A DNA stretch of 64,000 bases from the NCBI GenBank assembly GCA_046328155.1, contig JAXLXC010000001.1, positions 133,222 through 197,221 on the forward strand, read 5' to 3'. The DNA is from Chloroflexota bacterium (GTDB lineage Bacteria > Chloroflexota > Limnocylindria > Limnocylindrales > CSP1-4). The notes beneath the pieces were generated by a model, which saw only the letters and a list, made by a program, of their open reading frames with translations, made no database searches and was not told the origin of the DNA. This document shows, piece after piece, positions 26,476 through 37,422 of the stretch. Position numbers and translations under genes: made by a program. Each line of letters starts with the position of its first letter. Position 1 is the stretch's first letter.

Positions 26476-28929
26476 ATGGTCACCACCCATCGCCCGCGGG
26501 GCGTCGCCGTCGAACGACGGGATGGCCGTGGCGCGAGCGCCCCCGAGACCGCGGCGACCATCGAGTCCATCGAGCGCCGCGTGCTGTGGCTCGCGGTGCG
26601 CATGATCCACGAGGCCAACCTCGTGCGCCCCAATCCGGACGGCCTCAAGGTGGGCGGCCACCAGGCGTCGTCCGCGTCGATGGTCTCCATCCTGAGCGCG
26701 CTGTACCTGCGCTGGCTGCGCCCGGACGACCTCGTCGCGGTCAAGCCCCACGCGAGCCCCGTCTATCACGCGCTGCGCTACCTCATGGGGGACCTCGACG
26801 CCACGTGGCTGCCTAAGCTGCGCGCCTTTGGCGGCCTCCAGTCCTACCCGTCGCGGACCAAGGACCCCGAGCGCGTGGACTTCTCGACCGGGTCGGTCGG
26901 ACTCGGTGCCGTGGCGCCCATGTTCGCGGCACTCGCCGACCAGTACCTGCGGGCGCATCTCGCCGCGGACGCGGCCGCCTGGCCGGACCGGCGGTTCGTC
27001 GCCACCGTGGGCGACGCGGAGCTGGACGAGGGCAACGTCTGGGAGGCGCTCCTGGAGGAGCCGCTCGCGGGTCTGGGCAACGTGACGCTGCTGGTCGACC
27101 TCAACCGACAGAGCCTCGACCGGGTGGTGCCCGGGATCCGGATCCGGCGACTCGCCCGGATGTTCGCGGCAGCCGGCTGGCAGGTGCTCGAGGCCAAGTA
27201 CGGCCAGCGGCTGGAGGCGGCGTTCGCGGGACCGGGCGGCGAGGCGCTGCGTCGGCGCATCGATGACATGCCCAACGAGGCATACCAGGCGCTCATCCGT
27301 CGCCCGGCCCCCGAGATCCGGGCACGCGTGGTCGATGGCGCCGACGTCGCCGACCGCGACGACCTGGCACGGGCGCTGCGGGACGTCGATGACGCGGACC
27401 TGCCCCGGCTGGTGGCCGACCTGGGAGGCCACGACACCGACGCCATCGTCCGGGCGCTCGACGAGGCCGACGCGGACCGGGCTCGCCCCAGCGTGATCTT
27501 CGGGTACACCATCAAGGGCTGGATGCTGCCCTTCGCGGGCGATCCGCTCAACCACTCGGCGATGCTCACGGCCGACCAGGTCGCGGCACTCGCCGGCACG
27601 CTCGGCGCGGACGCCGACGATCCGTGGGCGGCGTTCCCGGCGGGCTCCGCCGAGGCCCGGCTATGCGAGGGGCGCGGGCAGGCGCTGCGGCGGCGGAGCG
27701 CCAGCACCGCCCCCGGCACCGTCATCGCCCCGCCCGCCGACGTGGACGTGCGGATCGCGGCCACGACCTCCACGCAGCAGGTCCTGGGTGACGCCCTGGC
27801 CGCCCTCGCCCGGGTGGACGGCATCGGCGGCCGAATCGTCACCGCCTCGCCGGACGTGTCGGTGTCCACCAACCTGGGCGGCTGGATCAACCGCGTCGGT
27901 GTGTTCGCGCCCGAGGACACGCCGCACGTGGATGACGCGCCGCGGATCCTGCGCTGGCAGCCGGGCCCCTCGGGGCAGCACATCGAGCTGGGCATCAGCG
28001 AGATGGACCTGTTCATGTGGCTGTCGCAGTTCGGGCTGACCGCGGAGCTGTTCGGCGAGCCGCTCGTGCCGCTCGGCACGGTCTACGACCCATTCATCGC
28101 CCGGGGCCTGGACGCGCTCATCCATGCGCTCTACGTGGGGTCGCGCTTCATCCTCGTCGCGACGCCCTCGGGCGTGACGCTGGCCCCCGAGGGTGGCGCC
28201 CATCAGTCGAGCGTCACCCCGTCGCTGGGCATCGAGCTGCCCATGCTGCGTGCATGGGAGCCTGCCTTTGGCCAGGAGGCGGCCTGGTGCCTGCTCGAGG
28301 CGATCGGCGGTGTGGCGGACCGCTCGGCCGACGGGTTCTCCAGCTACCTGCGACTCACCACGCGGCCCGTCGACCAGAGCCTCGCATCACCGGCGCGCAG
28401 CCGCCTGGGCGACGCGACATACCGGCGCCACGTCCTCGCCGGGGGATATCGGCTGCTGGAGCCGGCCGAGCTGGCCGCGGAGCTGGGGGTGACGCTGCCA
28501 TCCGATGCGCCGGGCGTCAGCGTCGTGGCGATGGGGGCCGTGGTGCCCGAGGCGGTGGCGGCCGTGCGCGAGCTGGTCCGCGAGGAGATCGCCGCCAGCC
28601 TCGTGGTGGTGACCTCGCCCGAGCGGTTGCACGCGGAGCTGGCCGGACGACGCCTGGGCTCGCTGCGCGCCGGGGACGACCACAGCCTGCCCCATCTGGC
28701 CGAGCTGTTCCCCGGCGCCACGCGACGCCAGCCCCTGGTCACCGTGCTCGACGGCGCGTCGCACGCGCTCGACTTCCTGGGTGGTGCCTTCGGGGCCCCG
28801 GTCGTGCCGCTCGGCGTCGACCGCTTCGGTCAGTCCGGCACCATCGGCGACCTGTATGGCTACGCCGGGATCGATGCGCCGCACATCGTCGAGGCCGCCA
28901 TCCTGGCGACCGAGCTGGGCGCCAGCTAG
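26476..28929 (+). CDS. homodimeric-type 2-oxoacid dehydrogenase E1 / transketolase-like ThDP enzyme (AceE-like)
   Basis: Start at the ATG at 26476 (MVTTHRPRG...), 817 aa. AceE-like pattern IERRVLWLAVRMIHEANLVRPNPDGLKVGGHQASSASMVSILSALY. No E2 or E3 gene is adjacent. Confidence 0.8.
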   Translation: MVTTHRPRGVAVERRDGRGASAPETAATIESIERRVLWLAVRMIHEANLVRPNPDGLKVGGHQASSASMVSILSALYLRWLRPDDLVAVKPHASPVYHALRYLMGDLDATWLPKLRAFGGLQSYPSRTKDPERVDFSTGSVGLGAVAPMFAALADQYLRAHLAADAAAWPDRRFVATVGDAELDEGNVWEALLEEPLAGLGNVTLLVDLNRQSLDRVVPGIRIRRLARMFAAAGWQVLEAKYGQRLEAAFAGPGGEALRRRIDDMPNEAYQALIRRPAPEIRARVVDGADVADRDDLARALRDVDDADLPRLVADLGGHDTDAIVRALDEADADRARPSVIFGYTIKGWMLPFAGDPLNHSAMLTADQVAALAGTLGADADDPWAAFPAGSAEARLCEGRGQALRRRSASTAPGTVIAPPADVDVRIAATTSTQQVLGDALAALARVDGIGGRIVTASPDVSVSTNLGGWINRVGVFAPEDTPHVDDAPRILRWQPGPSGQHIELGISEMDLFMWLSQFGLTAELFGEPLVPLGTVYDPFIARGLDALIHALYVGSRFILVATPSGVTLAPEGGAHQSSVTPSLGIELPMLRAWEPAFGQEAAWCLLEAIGGVADRSADGFSSYLRLTTRPVDQSLASPARSRLGDATYRRHVLAGGYRLLEPAELAAELGVTLPSDAPGVSVVAMGAVVPEAVAAVRELVREEIAASLVVVTSPERLHAELAGRRLGSLRAGDDHSLPHLAELFPGATRRQPLVTVLDGASHALDFLGGAFGAPVVPLGVDRFGQSGTIGDLYGYAGIDAPHIVEAAILATELGAS

Positions 28930-28951
28930 CCACGACCTGCCCAGATCCCGG

Positions 28952-29005
28952 GCATGCGATGCGACTGCAACCGGCTGGGCCGGCCGATGGTCGCGCATCG
29001 CATGC
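28952..29005. repeat. 12-nt perfect inverted repeat (GCATGCGATGCG ... CGCATCGCATGC) forming a long-loop hairpin, with a third degenerate copy at 29030-29044
   Basis: Read directly, 23 nt after the E1 stop codon. The stem can extend to about 16 bp with one bulge. No U-tract follows. Confidence 0.6.
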
Positions 29006-29075
29006 GGGCTCGCGCACGATGGCCGCGCCGCATGCGTGCGATGCCCGCGGGCGGCGTCACGCACAGGAGGACCCG

Positions 29076-29327
29076 ATGGGCGAGTTGAGCCAGGACCGTC
29101 GCGACCATCTCCCAGACAACGCCTTCGCCTACATCGACCGCGCGGGCGAGCGTCATCTGCCGCTCAACGACGAGGAGCACATCCGGAACGCGATGGCGCG
29201 CTGGAACCAGACCGACTTCGACAGCGCGGCGGCCAGGGAGCGGGCCCGCAAGCGGATCGTCTCGGCGGCCAAGCGCTCGGGGATCGAGGTCTCGGACGAC
29301 GCCAAGGTGGCGCACCCGGCCCACTGA
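29076..29327 (+). CDS. small conserved hypothetical protein (DUF6582-like)
   Basis: ATG at 29076 with an AGGAGG RBS, 83 aa. The pattern HLPDNAFAYIDRAGERHLPLNDEEHIRNAMARWNQTDF is recognised from memory only. Confidence 0.55.
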   Translation: MGELSQDRRDHLPDNAFAYIDRAGERHLPLNDEEHIRNAMARWNQTDFDSAAARERARKRIVSAAKRSGIEVSDDAKVAHPAH

Positions 29328-29354
29328 CGCGACGGGCCGGTCGGCCCCGACCCG

Positions 29355-30284
29355 TCACCCGGCGCCGGTCAGAGCCCGGCGCGGGTTGTCCACCATGAGC
29401 CGGGAGACCAGCGCCTCCGGAAGGCCGTGCCCCAGGAGCCGGTCCCGGAACCCGGTCAGCAGGTACGCGTAGCCCGGCCCGCCGTACGCCGCCAGGTCGC
29501 TGGTGAGGCACACGTCGTGGGACAGCAGCAGTCGCCCCTCGAACCCCGCGTCCACGAGCGCGGCGATCCATGCGAGGCGCCGACGCGTGTCGGTCTCGTG
29601 CACCCCCTGGATGGTGTCAAACTGGACCCACGCGCCCCGCTGCGCCAGCCGCAGGTGGTAGGCGGGGTCGGCGACCATGTCGCAGTGGCCCACGATGACC
29701 CGGGACGGATCGACCCCCTCCTCCGCGAGCAGGTCCAGCTGGGCCTCGCCCACGGGCCAGCGAGCGGCGTGCGTGGTGATTGTGGCGCCAGTCCTGCGAT
29801 GGGCGCGAGCGGCGGCGCGGAAGACGCGCTCCTCCACGGCGCTGATGGACCGGTCGCACCCGATCTCCCCGATGATCCCGGCCCGGATGCCCGTGTCGCC
29901 GACGCCCACCTCGAGGTCGCGCACGATGCCATCGGCCAGGGCGTCCACGGACGACGCATCGATGCGTGTCTCGTCGAGGTACGGCCGCCGATAGTGGCCC
30001 GAGCCCATCACGATGTTGACGCCGGTCACCTCCGACACGCGGCGGAGCGCCTCGGGCTGCCGACCCAGCCCCTCGCTGGTGCAATCGACGAGCGTCGCAC
30101 CGCCGGCGGCGCGGAAGCGACCGAGCTCCTCGATGGCGAGCGGCTCGTCGGCGAGGAGGCCCACGCCCCGGTATTCGCGGAGCAGGTCGATGAACACGTG
30201 CTCGTGCGGCAGGGTGATCCCCAAGTCGGTGGCGGCCAGCGGGCCACGCACGGTCATCACGCTCGCGGCCCCGCCGCCGCTCAC
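29355..30284 (-). CDS. phosphotriesterase-related (amidohydrolase-fold) protein
   Basis: 309 aa with the metal-binding start motif GITLPHEHVFIDL and later HC/HD motifs. Confidence 0.85.
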   Translation of the reverse strand: MSGGGAASVMTVRGPLAATDLGITLPHEHVFIDLLREYRGVGLLADEPLAIEELGRFRAAGGATLVDCTSEGLGRQPEALRRVSEVTGVNIVMGSGHYRRPYLDETRIDASSVDALADGIVRDLEVGVGDTGIRAGIIGEIGCDRSISAVEERVFRAAARAHRRTGATITTHAARWPVGEAQLDLLAEEGVDPSRVIVGHCDMVADPAYHLRLAQRGAWVQFDTIQGVHETDTRRRLAWIAALVDAGFEGRLLLSHDVCLTSDLAAYGGPGYAYLLTGFRDRLLGHGLPEALVSRLMVDNPRRALTGAG

Positions 30285-30937
30285 GAGGCTGGGCTCACCG
30301 CCGGCGGATCCGGCACGCCCGGGTACGTGGGCACCGTCAGGAACCCGATGCCGCTGTCCAAGGGCCAGAACCGGATGACGGCTCGCCCGATGACCTCATC
30401 GACGGCCACGGGGCCGAACTCGCGCGAGTCGACCGACTTGGCGCGATGGTCGCCCATCACGAAGACGTCGCCGGCGGGCACGTCCCACTCGGTGGTGCCG
30501 TCCAGGGGGAGCGTCGCCCCGTGGTCTTGGCCATCGTCGGAGATGTACGGCTCGTCGATGGCCACGCCATTGACCACCACCTGGCCGTCCTCGAGGGCGA
30601 CGTGGTCGCCTGCCACGCCGATCACCCGCTTGATGTACGGGACCGCGTCGGGCTTGGTGCCAGGCGCGTGGAACACCACGATGTCACCCCGGCTGTAGGG
30701 GTCGAAGCGCGGCGTCAGCTTGTCCACCAGGAGGTGCTGGCCCTCCTTGAGCGTCGGCAGCATGGACACCATCTCCACGCGGTACGTGCCCACCAGGAAG
30801 GTCTGGATCACGAGGTACAGACCCACGGCCAGGATGACCGTGACCCCGATCTCGATGGCCGCGTCGAGCGACCGGGACCGCGTGCGGGGGCGGGACAGCG
30901 TCTCGCCGGTCGCCGACGGGATGGTGGGGGTGGTCAC
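30281..30937 (-). CDS. lepB: signal peptidase I
   Basis: 218 aa with one TM helix. Contains the S26 boxes GDIVVFH, IKRVIGVAGDHV and VFVMGDHRAKSVDSR. Confidence 0.9.
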   Translation of the reverse strand: MTTPTIPSATGETLSRPRTRSRSLDAAIEIGVTVILAVGLYLVIQTFLVGTYRVEMVSMLPTLKEGQHLLVDKLTPRFDPYSRGDIVVFHAPGTKPDAVPYIKRVIGVAGDHVALEDGQVVVNGVAIDEPYISDDGQDHGATLPLDGTTEWDVPAGDVFVMGDHRAKSVDSREFGPVAVDEVIGRAVIRFWPLDSGIGFLTVPTYPGVPDPPAVSPAS

Positions 30938-31077
30938 TGCGACAGGGTAGCGGCTGGTGTGTCGGAGGGCCTCGCGACCGAGGGGTCGTGACTCGACCGG
31001 GCCGATCCGGTATGGTGACGACTGGCGCGGCGTCGCCCGGCGCCCGCCGTCATCGACGCAAGGAGGGGATGGGGGAG

Positions 31078-31455
31078 ATGATCAAGGAGTTCCGGGACTT
31101 CCTGCTGCGCGGGAACGTCGTCGACCTGGCGGTCGCGGTCGTCATCGGCGCTGCGTTCACGCAGGTCGTCAACGCGCTCGTCGAGGGCGTCATCACGCCG
31201 CTCGTGGGTCTCTTCGGCGTCGATGCGATGCAGGATTGGAGCATCCAGGTGGGCAGCGCCACGCTCAACTTCGGGCTGTTCCTGACCGCGCTGCTGAACT
31301 TCGCAATCGTGGCCGCGATCATCTTCTTCTTCGTGGTCAAGCCCATGAACGCGGCGATGAAGCGACTCAAGAAGCCCGAGGAGGCCGCACCGGCCGGGCC
31401 CACCGAGGTCGAGCTGCTGACCCAGATCCGCGACGAGCTCGCCAAGCGACCCTGA
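31078..31455 (+). CDS. mscL: large-conductance mechanosensitive channel
   Basis: MIKEFRDFLLRGNVVDLAVAVVIGAAF..., a canonical MscL N-terminus. RBS AAGGAGGGG upstream. An alternative ATG lies at 31069. Confidence 0.9.
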   Translation: MIKEFRDFLLRGNVVDLAVAVVIGAAFTQVVNALVEGVITPLVGLFGVDAMQDWSIQVGSATLNFGLFLTALLNFAIVAAIIFFFVVKPMNAAMKRLKKPEEAAPAGPTEVELLTQIRDELAKRP

Positions 31456-31555
31456 GGTCCGCGGGGCACGCCCCGCGCCAACGGAGCGAACGAGATCGCC
31501 CGGCCCACCAGGGCCGGGCGATCGCTCGTGTTGGCCGGGGAGTCGAGACCGGACG

Positions 31556-32236
31556 CTAGCCCTCGGACGACTCCGCGGACTCGTCGGTGGCGGCCGCCGC
31601 CGTCTCGTCGATGACCTCGGCGGCGAGGACCGGCTCCTCGGCGACGCGAGGCGCCTGGACGCGTGCCAGTGGCTCGGCAGCGTCCGTCACGATGGTCACG
31701 CCCTGGGGGGCCACGATATCGCCCACGTGGAGCGTGGTCTCGAAGTCGCTGAGCCCGGAGATGTCCACCTCGATGGCCGACGGCAGGGCATCGGGCAGCG
31801 CACGGACGCTCACGGTCTCGCGTTGATGGAGCAGCGTGCCGCCGTCGCGGCGGACCGCCTCCGACTCGCCCGTGAAGGCGACCGGAACATCGACCGTGAG
31901 CTCCTCGGTCATCCTCACCACGAACAGGTCGACATGGACCGGCCGGCGTGTCACCGGATGCTCCTGGACATGCTGGAGGATCACCGGGGTCGCCTTGCCC
32001 TTGCCCAGGGTCAGGTCGAGGAGCGCGTTCCGACCGGCGTGACGACGCAGCAGGTCGAGCTCATGGGCGTCGAGCTGGATGGGCTGCGACTCGTGGCCGT
32101 GGCCGTACACGACCGCGGGGACCTTGCCCTCGCGTCGCAGGCTGGCGACCTTCTTGCCGGTGATGGTCCGGGGCTCCGCGGCGAGGCGCGGACGGGTGCT
32201 GGTGCTCACTGTCTGACCGACCTCTCGTGTTGTCAT
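31556..32236 (-). CDS. rplY: 50S ribosomal protein L25 / general stress protein Ctc
   Basis: GKKVASLRREGKVPAVVYGHG...HVDLFVV, with an acidic C-terminal tail. The start is either the ATG at 32236 or a nearby GTG. Confidence 0.9.
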   Translation of the reverse strand: MTTREVGQTVSTSTRPRLAAEPRTITGKKVASLRREGKVPAVVYGHGHESQPIQLDAHELDLLRRHAGRNALLDLTLGKGKATPVILQHVQEHPVTRRPVHVDLFVVRMTEELTVDVPVAFTGESEAVRRDGGTLLHQRETVSVRALPDALPSAIEVDISGLSDFETTLHVGDIVAPQGVTIVTDAAEPLARVQAPRVAEEPVLAAEVIDETAAAATDESAESSEG

Positions 32237-32376
32237 GCGCGCCCGGGTCGCGACGGCGCTTCCCGGCGGCTCCGAGCCCCGCGCACGGCGGACGCGACAC
32301 GCGCAGGCGTCCGGGACGGGGGAGCGGCATCGTAGCACGAGCGACGACGTGGCCCCCGGGGTACCATCCCTCGTCG

Positions 32377-33075
32377 ATGGCAGCCACGATCCTGATCGTC
32401 GAGGACGAGTACGCGGTGGCCCGCGGGGTGCAGTACGCCCTCCAGCAGGAGGGCTACGAGGTGACCCTCGCGTCGTCCGCCGAGGAGGGCCTGACCATCG
32501 CCCAGGAGCTGGTCCCGGACCTCATCGTGCTCGACGTGCGACTGCCCGGCATCGACGGCTTCGAGGCGCTCCGACGGCTGCGTGCGGTCGGCTCGAAGGC
32601 CCCGGTGCTGATGCTCACGGCGCGCGACGAGGAGATGGACAAGGTCATCGGCCTCGAGCTGGGCGCCGACGACTACCTCACCAAGCCCTTCGGGCTGCGC
32701 GAGCTGATGAGCCGCATCAAGGCGCTCCTACGCCGCGCCTACGGGGACCTCGCGGATGCCGCGGGTGGCCGCCAGATCCGTCACAAGGACCTGGTCATCG
32801 ACCTCGAGCGACGCCGCGTCCAGCGCGGGGCCCGACGCATCTCGCTCACGGCGACCGAGTTCGAGATCCTGCGCCATCTCGCGTCGCGCCCGGGCCGCGT
32901 GTTCTCGCGGCGGGAGCTGCTGGAGCTGGTCCGCGACTACGAGGCGCTGGACCAGGACGAGAAGACCATCAACGTCCACGTGAGCCACCTCCGCGAGAAG
33001 CTCGAGGACGACCCGGGCGACCCCTCGTTCATCCTCACCGTGCGGGGCGCCGGGTACGCGTTCGCCGAGCGCTGA
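32377..33075 (+). CDS. OmpR-family response regulator (MprA-like position)
   Basis: 232 aa with a receiver domain (ILIVEDE...DLIVLDVRLPGIDG...KPF) and a winged-helix output domain (TVRGAGYAF). Confidence 0.9.
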   Translation: MAATILIVEDEYAVARGVQYALQQEGYEVTLASSAEEGLTIAQELVPDLIVLDVRLPGIDGFEALRRLRAVGSKAPVLMLTARDEEMDKVIGLELGADDYLTKPFGLRELMSRIKALLRRAYGDLADAAGGRQIRHKDLVIDLERRRVQRGARRISLTATEFEILRHLASRPGRVFSRRELLELVRDYEALDQDEKTINVHVSHLREKLEDDPGDPSFILTVRGAGYAFAER

Positions 33076-33127
33076 CCCGGGGCACCGAGCGCTGACCGCC
33101 GGCAACCAGCGCGAGCGCTGACGGGCC

Positions 33128-34666
<1,539 letters not shown>

Positions 34667-34747
34667 CCCGCGAGACTCCGGGCATGAACCACGACCCGCC
34701 ATGCTGCGCATCGGTTCGGACGCCATCCCACGTGGACCCAGCCCACG

Positions 34748-36169
34748 GTGCGTCCTGACCTGGCCGCCAATGGAGATCGAGATCGCGTGAAGGACCAGCC
34801 CCGGTTCGAGGTGGACGACACGACCACCTCCTACTCGCCCCCGCGCACGGTGCGCCCGCGCTGGGTCGACGGCGGCCGCATGGATGCGTCCACGCAACTG
34901 GCGGGGGACCAGGTCCTAGGCCAGCATTGGTACGACCCCCACGGCAGCACGGACCGTGCGCCGCATGGCCGCTCCGCACCAGCCCCCCCGTCAGAGGCGC
35001 GCGGGCCGCGTGCCCGTGGTCCGTTGGTCGTGGGCGCCGTGGCCCTCGCGGGCATCACCGCGGTCGTCGCCGCGATCGGCACGGTCGGGTTCCTCGCCGC
35101 CGGTGGCTGGCTGGGCGATGGTGGCCAGATGGCTGGTGCCGTGACCGTCGCGCCCAGCCAGGTCCCCTCCGGGGGCCGCTCGGTGGGCCGCCCCGACACC
35201 ACCCGGATCGCCGCCGAGGTGACCCCGGCCATCGTCACGGTCATCGTCGGCCCGGCCGAGGCGGACCCCCTCGCCGACGCCATGGGCAGCTCGCAGGCGC
35301 AGGTGGCCTCGGGCATCGTGTTCGCCCCCGGCGGCTGGATCCTGACCAATCGGCACGTCGTGTGCGAGGCGGGCTCGGTCAGCGTGCTGCTCGCGGATGG
35401 GCGCCGGCTGACGGCCCAGGTCTATGGCCTGGACAGCCTCACGGACCTGGCCATCATCCAGGTCGATGCCACGGACCTCGCGCCCGCCGACATCGGCGAT
35501 TCCACGTCGCTGCGGCTCGGCCAGATGTCGCTCGTCTTCGGCACCTCGTCCGACAGCCTCGAGACGACGGTCGCAGGCGGGGTGGTCAGCGCCCTCGGCC
35601 GGGACCTGCTCGTCGCCGACCCGTGCCTCGACGGCGAGCAACGCGCGTTGCGCAACGTCATCCAGACCGATGCCCAGAGCGAGGACGGCAGCTCGGGCGG
35701 GGCGCTCGTGGATGCCGCCGGTGCCGTGGTCGGCATCAGCACCGTCGTGGCGGGCGTGGAGGACGCGACCTTCGCCATCCCCATCAACATCGCCAAGCCG
35801 ATCATGGAGCAGGCGGTCGTCGGCAAGCCGCTGTCCCGGCCGTGGATGGGGATCACCTACACGGCGCTCAACCCGGCCATCGCCAGTGCGCATGGGCTGC
35901 CCATCGACCATGGCGCATGGCTGCGGGCCTCCACGGATGGCAGCCTGCCCGCGGTGGTGCCCGATGGGCCAGCCGACCATGCAGGCCTCCAGGACGGCGA
36001 CATCCTGACCGCCGTCGACGACCAGCGAATCGACTCCAGCCACTCCCTCGATGACATCCTGTCCCAGTACCGTCCGGAGGATCAGGACCCCGTCGAGATC
36101 TCCGTGCTGCGGGACGGCACTCCGTTGGACAAGGTCCTCACCCTGGGCATCCGCACCAGCGGCTCCTAG
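34748..36169 (+). CDS. HtrA/PepD-like S1C serine protease with C-terminal PDZ domain
   Basis: TM anchor followed by a trypsin-like core (TNRHVV; DLAIIQV; GSSGGALVD) and a PDZ-like end. The start codon is uncertain; several in-frame candidates lie between 34748 and 34880. Confidence 0.85.
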   Translation: MRPDLAANGDRDRVKDQPRFEVDDTTTSYSPPRTVRPRWVDGGRMDASTQLAGDQVLGQHWYDPHGSTDRAPHGRSAPAPPSEARGPRARGPLVVGAVALAGITAVVAAIGTVGFLAAGGWLGDGGQMAGAVTVAPSQVPSGGRSVGRPDTTRIAAEVTPAIVTVIVGPAEADPLADAMGSSQAQVASGIVFAPGGWILTNRHVVCEAGSVSVLLADGRRLTAQVYGLDSLTDLAIIQVDATDLAPADIGDSTSLRLGQMSLVFGTSSDSLETTVAGGVVSALGRDLLVADPCLDGEQRALRNVIQTDAQSEDGSSGGALVDAAGAVVGISTVVAGVEDATFAIPINIAKPIMEQAVVGKPLSRPWMGITYTALNPAIASAHGLPIDHGAWLRASTDGSLPAVVPDGPADHAGLQDGDILTAVDDQRIDSSHSLDDILSQYRPEDQDPVEISVLRDGTPLDKVLTLGIRTSGS

Positions 36170-36211
36170 TCTCGGCCGCACCGCCGGCATGGGCCGCCTG
36201 AGCGGCCGGGA

Positions 36212-36565
36212 TCAGCGGGTGAGCTCCACCTGGGCATACTCCAGCTCCACGTCCAGGGGCACCGCCGGCTTGCGCACCCGGACGGTGACGCGCTCGACAC
36301 CCGGTCGCGACCGCACCTCGTCCGCGATGCCACCCGCGACCGCCTCCAGCAGCCGCTGGGAGCCCTCCTCGACGACGCGACGGCACACCTCCACGAGCAC
36401 GCCGTAGTCGAGCGTGTCCGCGAGGTCGTCGCTCGCCGCGGCTCGCGTCAGGTCCAGCACGACCTCCAGGTCCACCTCGAGCAGCTGCGGGAACGCCCGC
36501 TCCTCCGCCGAGACGCCGTGGATGCCCTCGAAGCGCATCCCCGCGAGCAGGATGCTGTCGCTCAT
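36212..36565 (-). CDS. folB: dihydroneopterin aldolase
   Basis: 117 aa, ILLAGMRFEGIHGVSAEERAFPQLLEVDLEV. ATGA overlap with the folP stop. Confidence 0.9.
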   Translation of the reverse strand: MSDSILLAGMRFEGIHGVSAEERAFPQLLEVDLEVVLDLTRAAASDDLADTLDYGVLVEVCRRVVEEGSQRLLEAVAGGIADEVRSRPGVERVTVRVRKPAVPLDVELEYAQVELTR

Positions 36566-37422
36566 GCCGCTCCTCCGCTGGTGTGGTCACGCCAGCCCCG
36601 CACGATCGCGTCGGCCATGCGAACCGCGCGCAGGTTGGCCCGCACATCATGGACCCGCACGATGTCCACCCGCGCGGCGACGCCCAGGACGGTCGTCGCG
36701 AGGGTGCCCTCCAGACGTTCCTCGGGCGGCAGGTCGAGGACCCGCCCGATGGTCGACTTGCGGCTCGCACCCAGGAGCACCGGTGCACCCAGCGCGTGCA
36801 GCCGATGGAGGTCCCTGAGGAGCAGCAGGTTGCCCGCCGCATCCTTGCCGAACCCGATCCCCGGATCCACGATGACGGACCCTCGGGGGCAGCCCAGCGC
36901 CTCCGCGCGCGCCACCGCCGCGGCGAGGTCCTCGGTCACACGCCGCGCGATGTCGGGGGTGGCGGGCACGGCACGGTCGTGCATCAGCACGTAGGGGACG
37001 CCCCGCTTGCCCGCCAAGGCGGCCATGCGCCCATCCCCGGTCACCCCGGCGACGTCGTTGAGCAGGTCCGCGCCCGCATCCAGGGCCGCCGCCCCCACCT
37101 CGGGCTTCCGGGTGTCGACGCTGATGGGCAGGTCGGGGAACTCGGTGCGGAGCGCGCGCAGGACCGGCATCAGGCGGGCCTGCTCCGCCACCGCATCGAC
37201 GGGCTCGTGGCCGGGGCGCGTGGACTCGGCGCCCAGGTCGAGCAGGTCGGCGCCCTCGGCGACCATGCGACGGCACGCGGCGAGCACCGTCGGGGTCGTG
37301 GCCGACGCAAGGCCGTCGCCGCTGAACGAGTCAGGCGTCAGGTTGACGATGCCCATGAGGTACGTGCGCGTCCCCCAGGCCAGCTCGAGGCCTCGCACCC
37401 GGATCGAGGTGGGATGGCTCAC
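36562..37422 (-). CDS. folP: dihydropteroate synthase
   Basis: GTG start at 37422, overlapping the folC stop as GTGA. Motifs LMGIVNLTPDSFSGDG, DLGAESTRPG and DPGIGFGK. Confidence 0.9.
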   Translation of the reverse strand: MSHPTSIRVRGLELAWGTRTYLMGIVNLTPDSFSGDGLASATTPTVLAACRRMVAEGADLLDLGAESTRPGHEPVDAVAEQARLMPVLRALRTEFPDLPISVDTRKPEVGAAALDAGADLLNDVAGVTGDGRMAALAGKRGVPYVLMHDRAVPATPDIARRVTEDLAAAVARAEALGCPRGSVIVDPGIGFGKDAAGNLLLLRDLHRLHALGAPVLLGASRKSTIGRVLDLPPEERLEGTLATTVLGVAARVDIVRVHDVRANLRAVRMADAIVRGWRDHTSGGAA

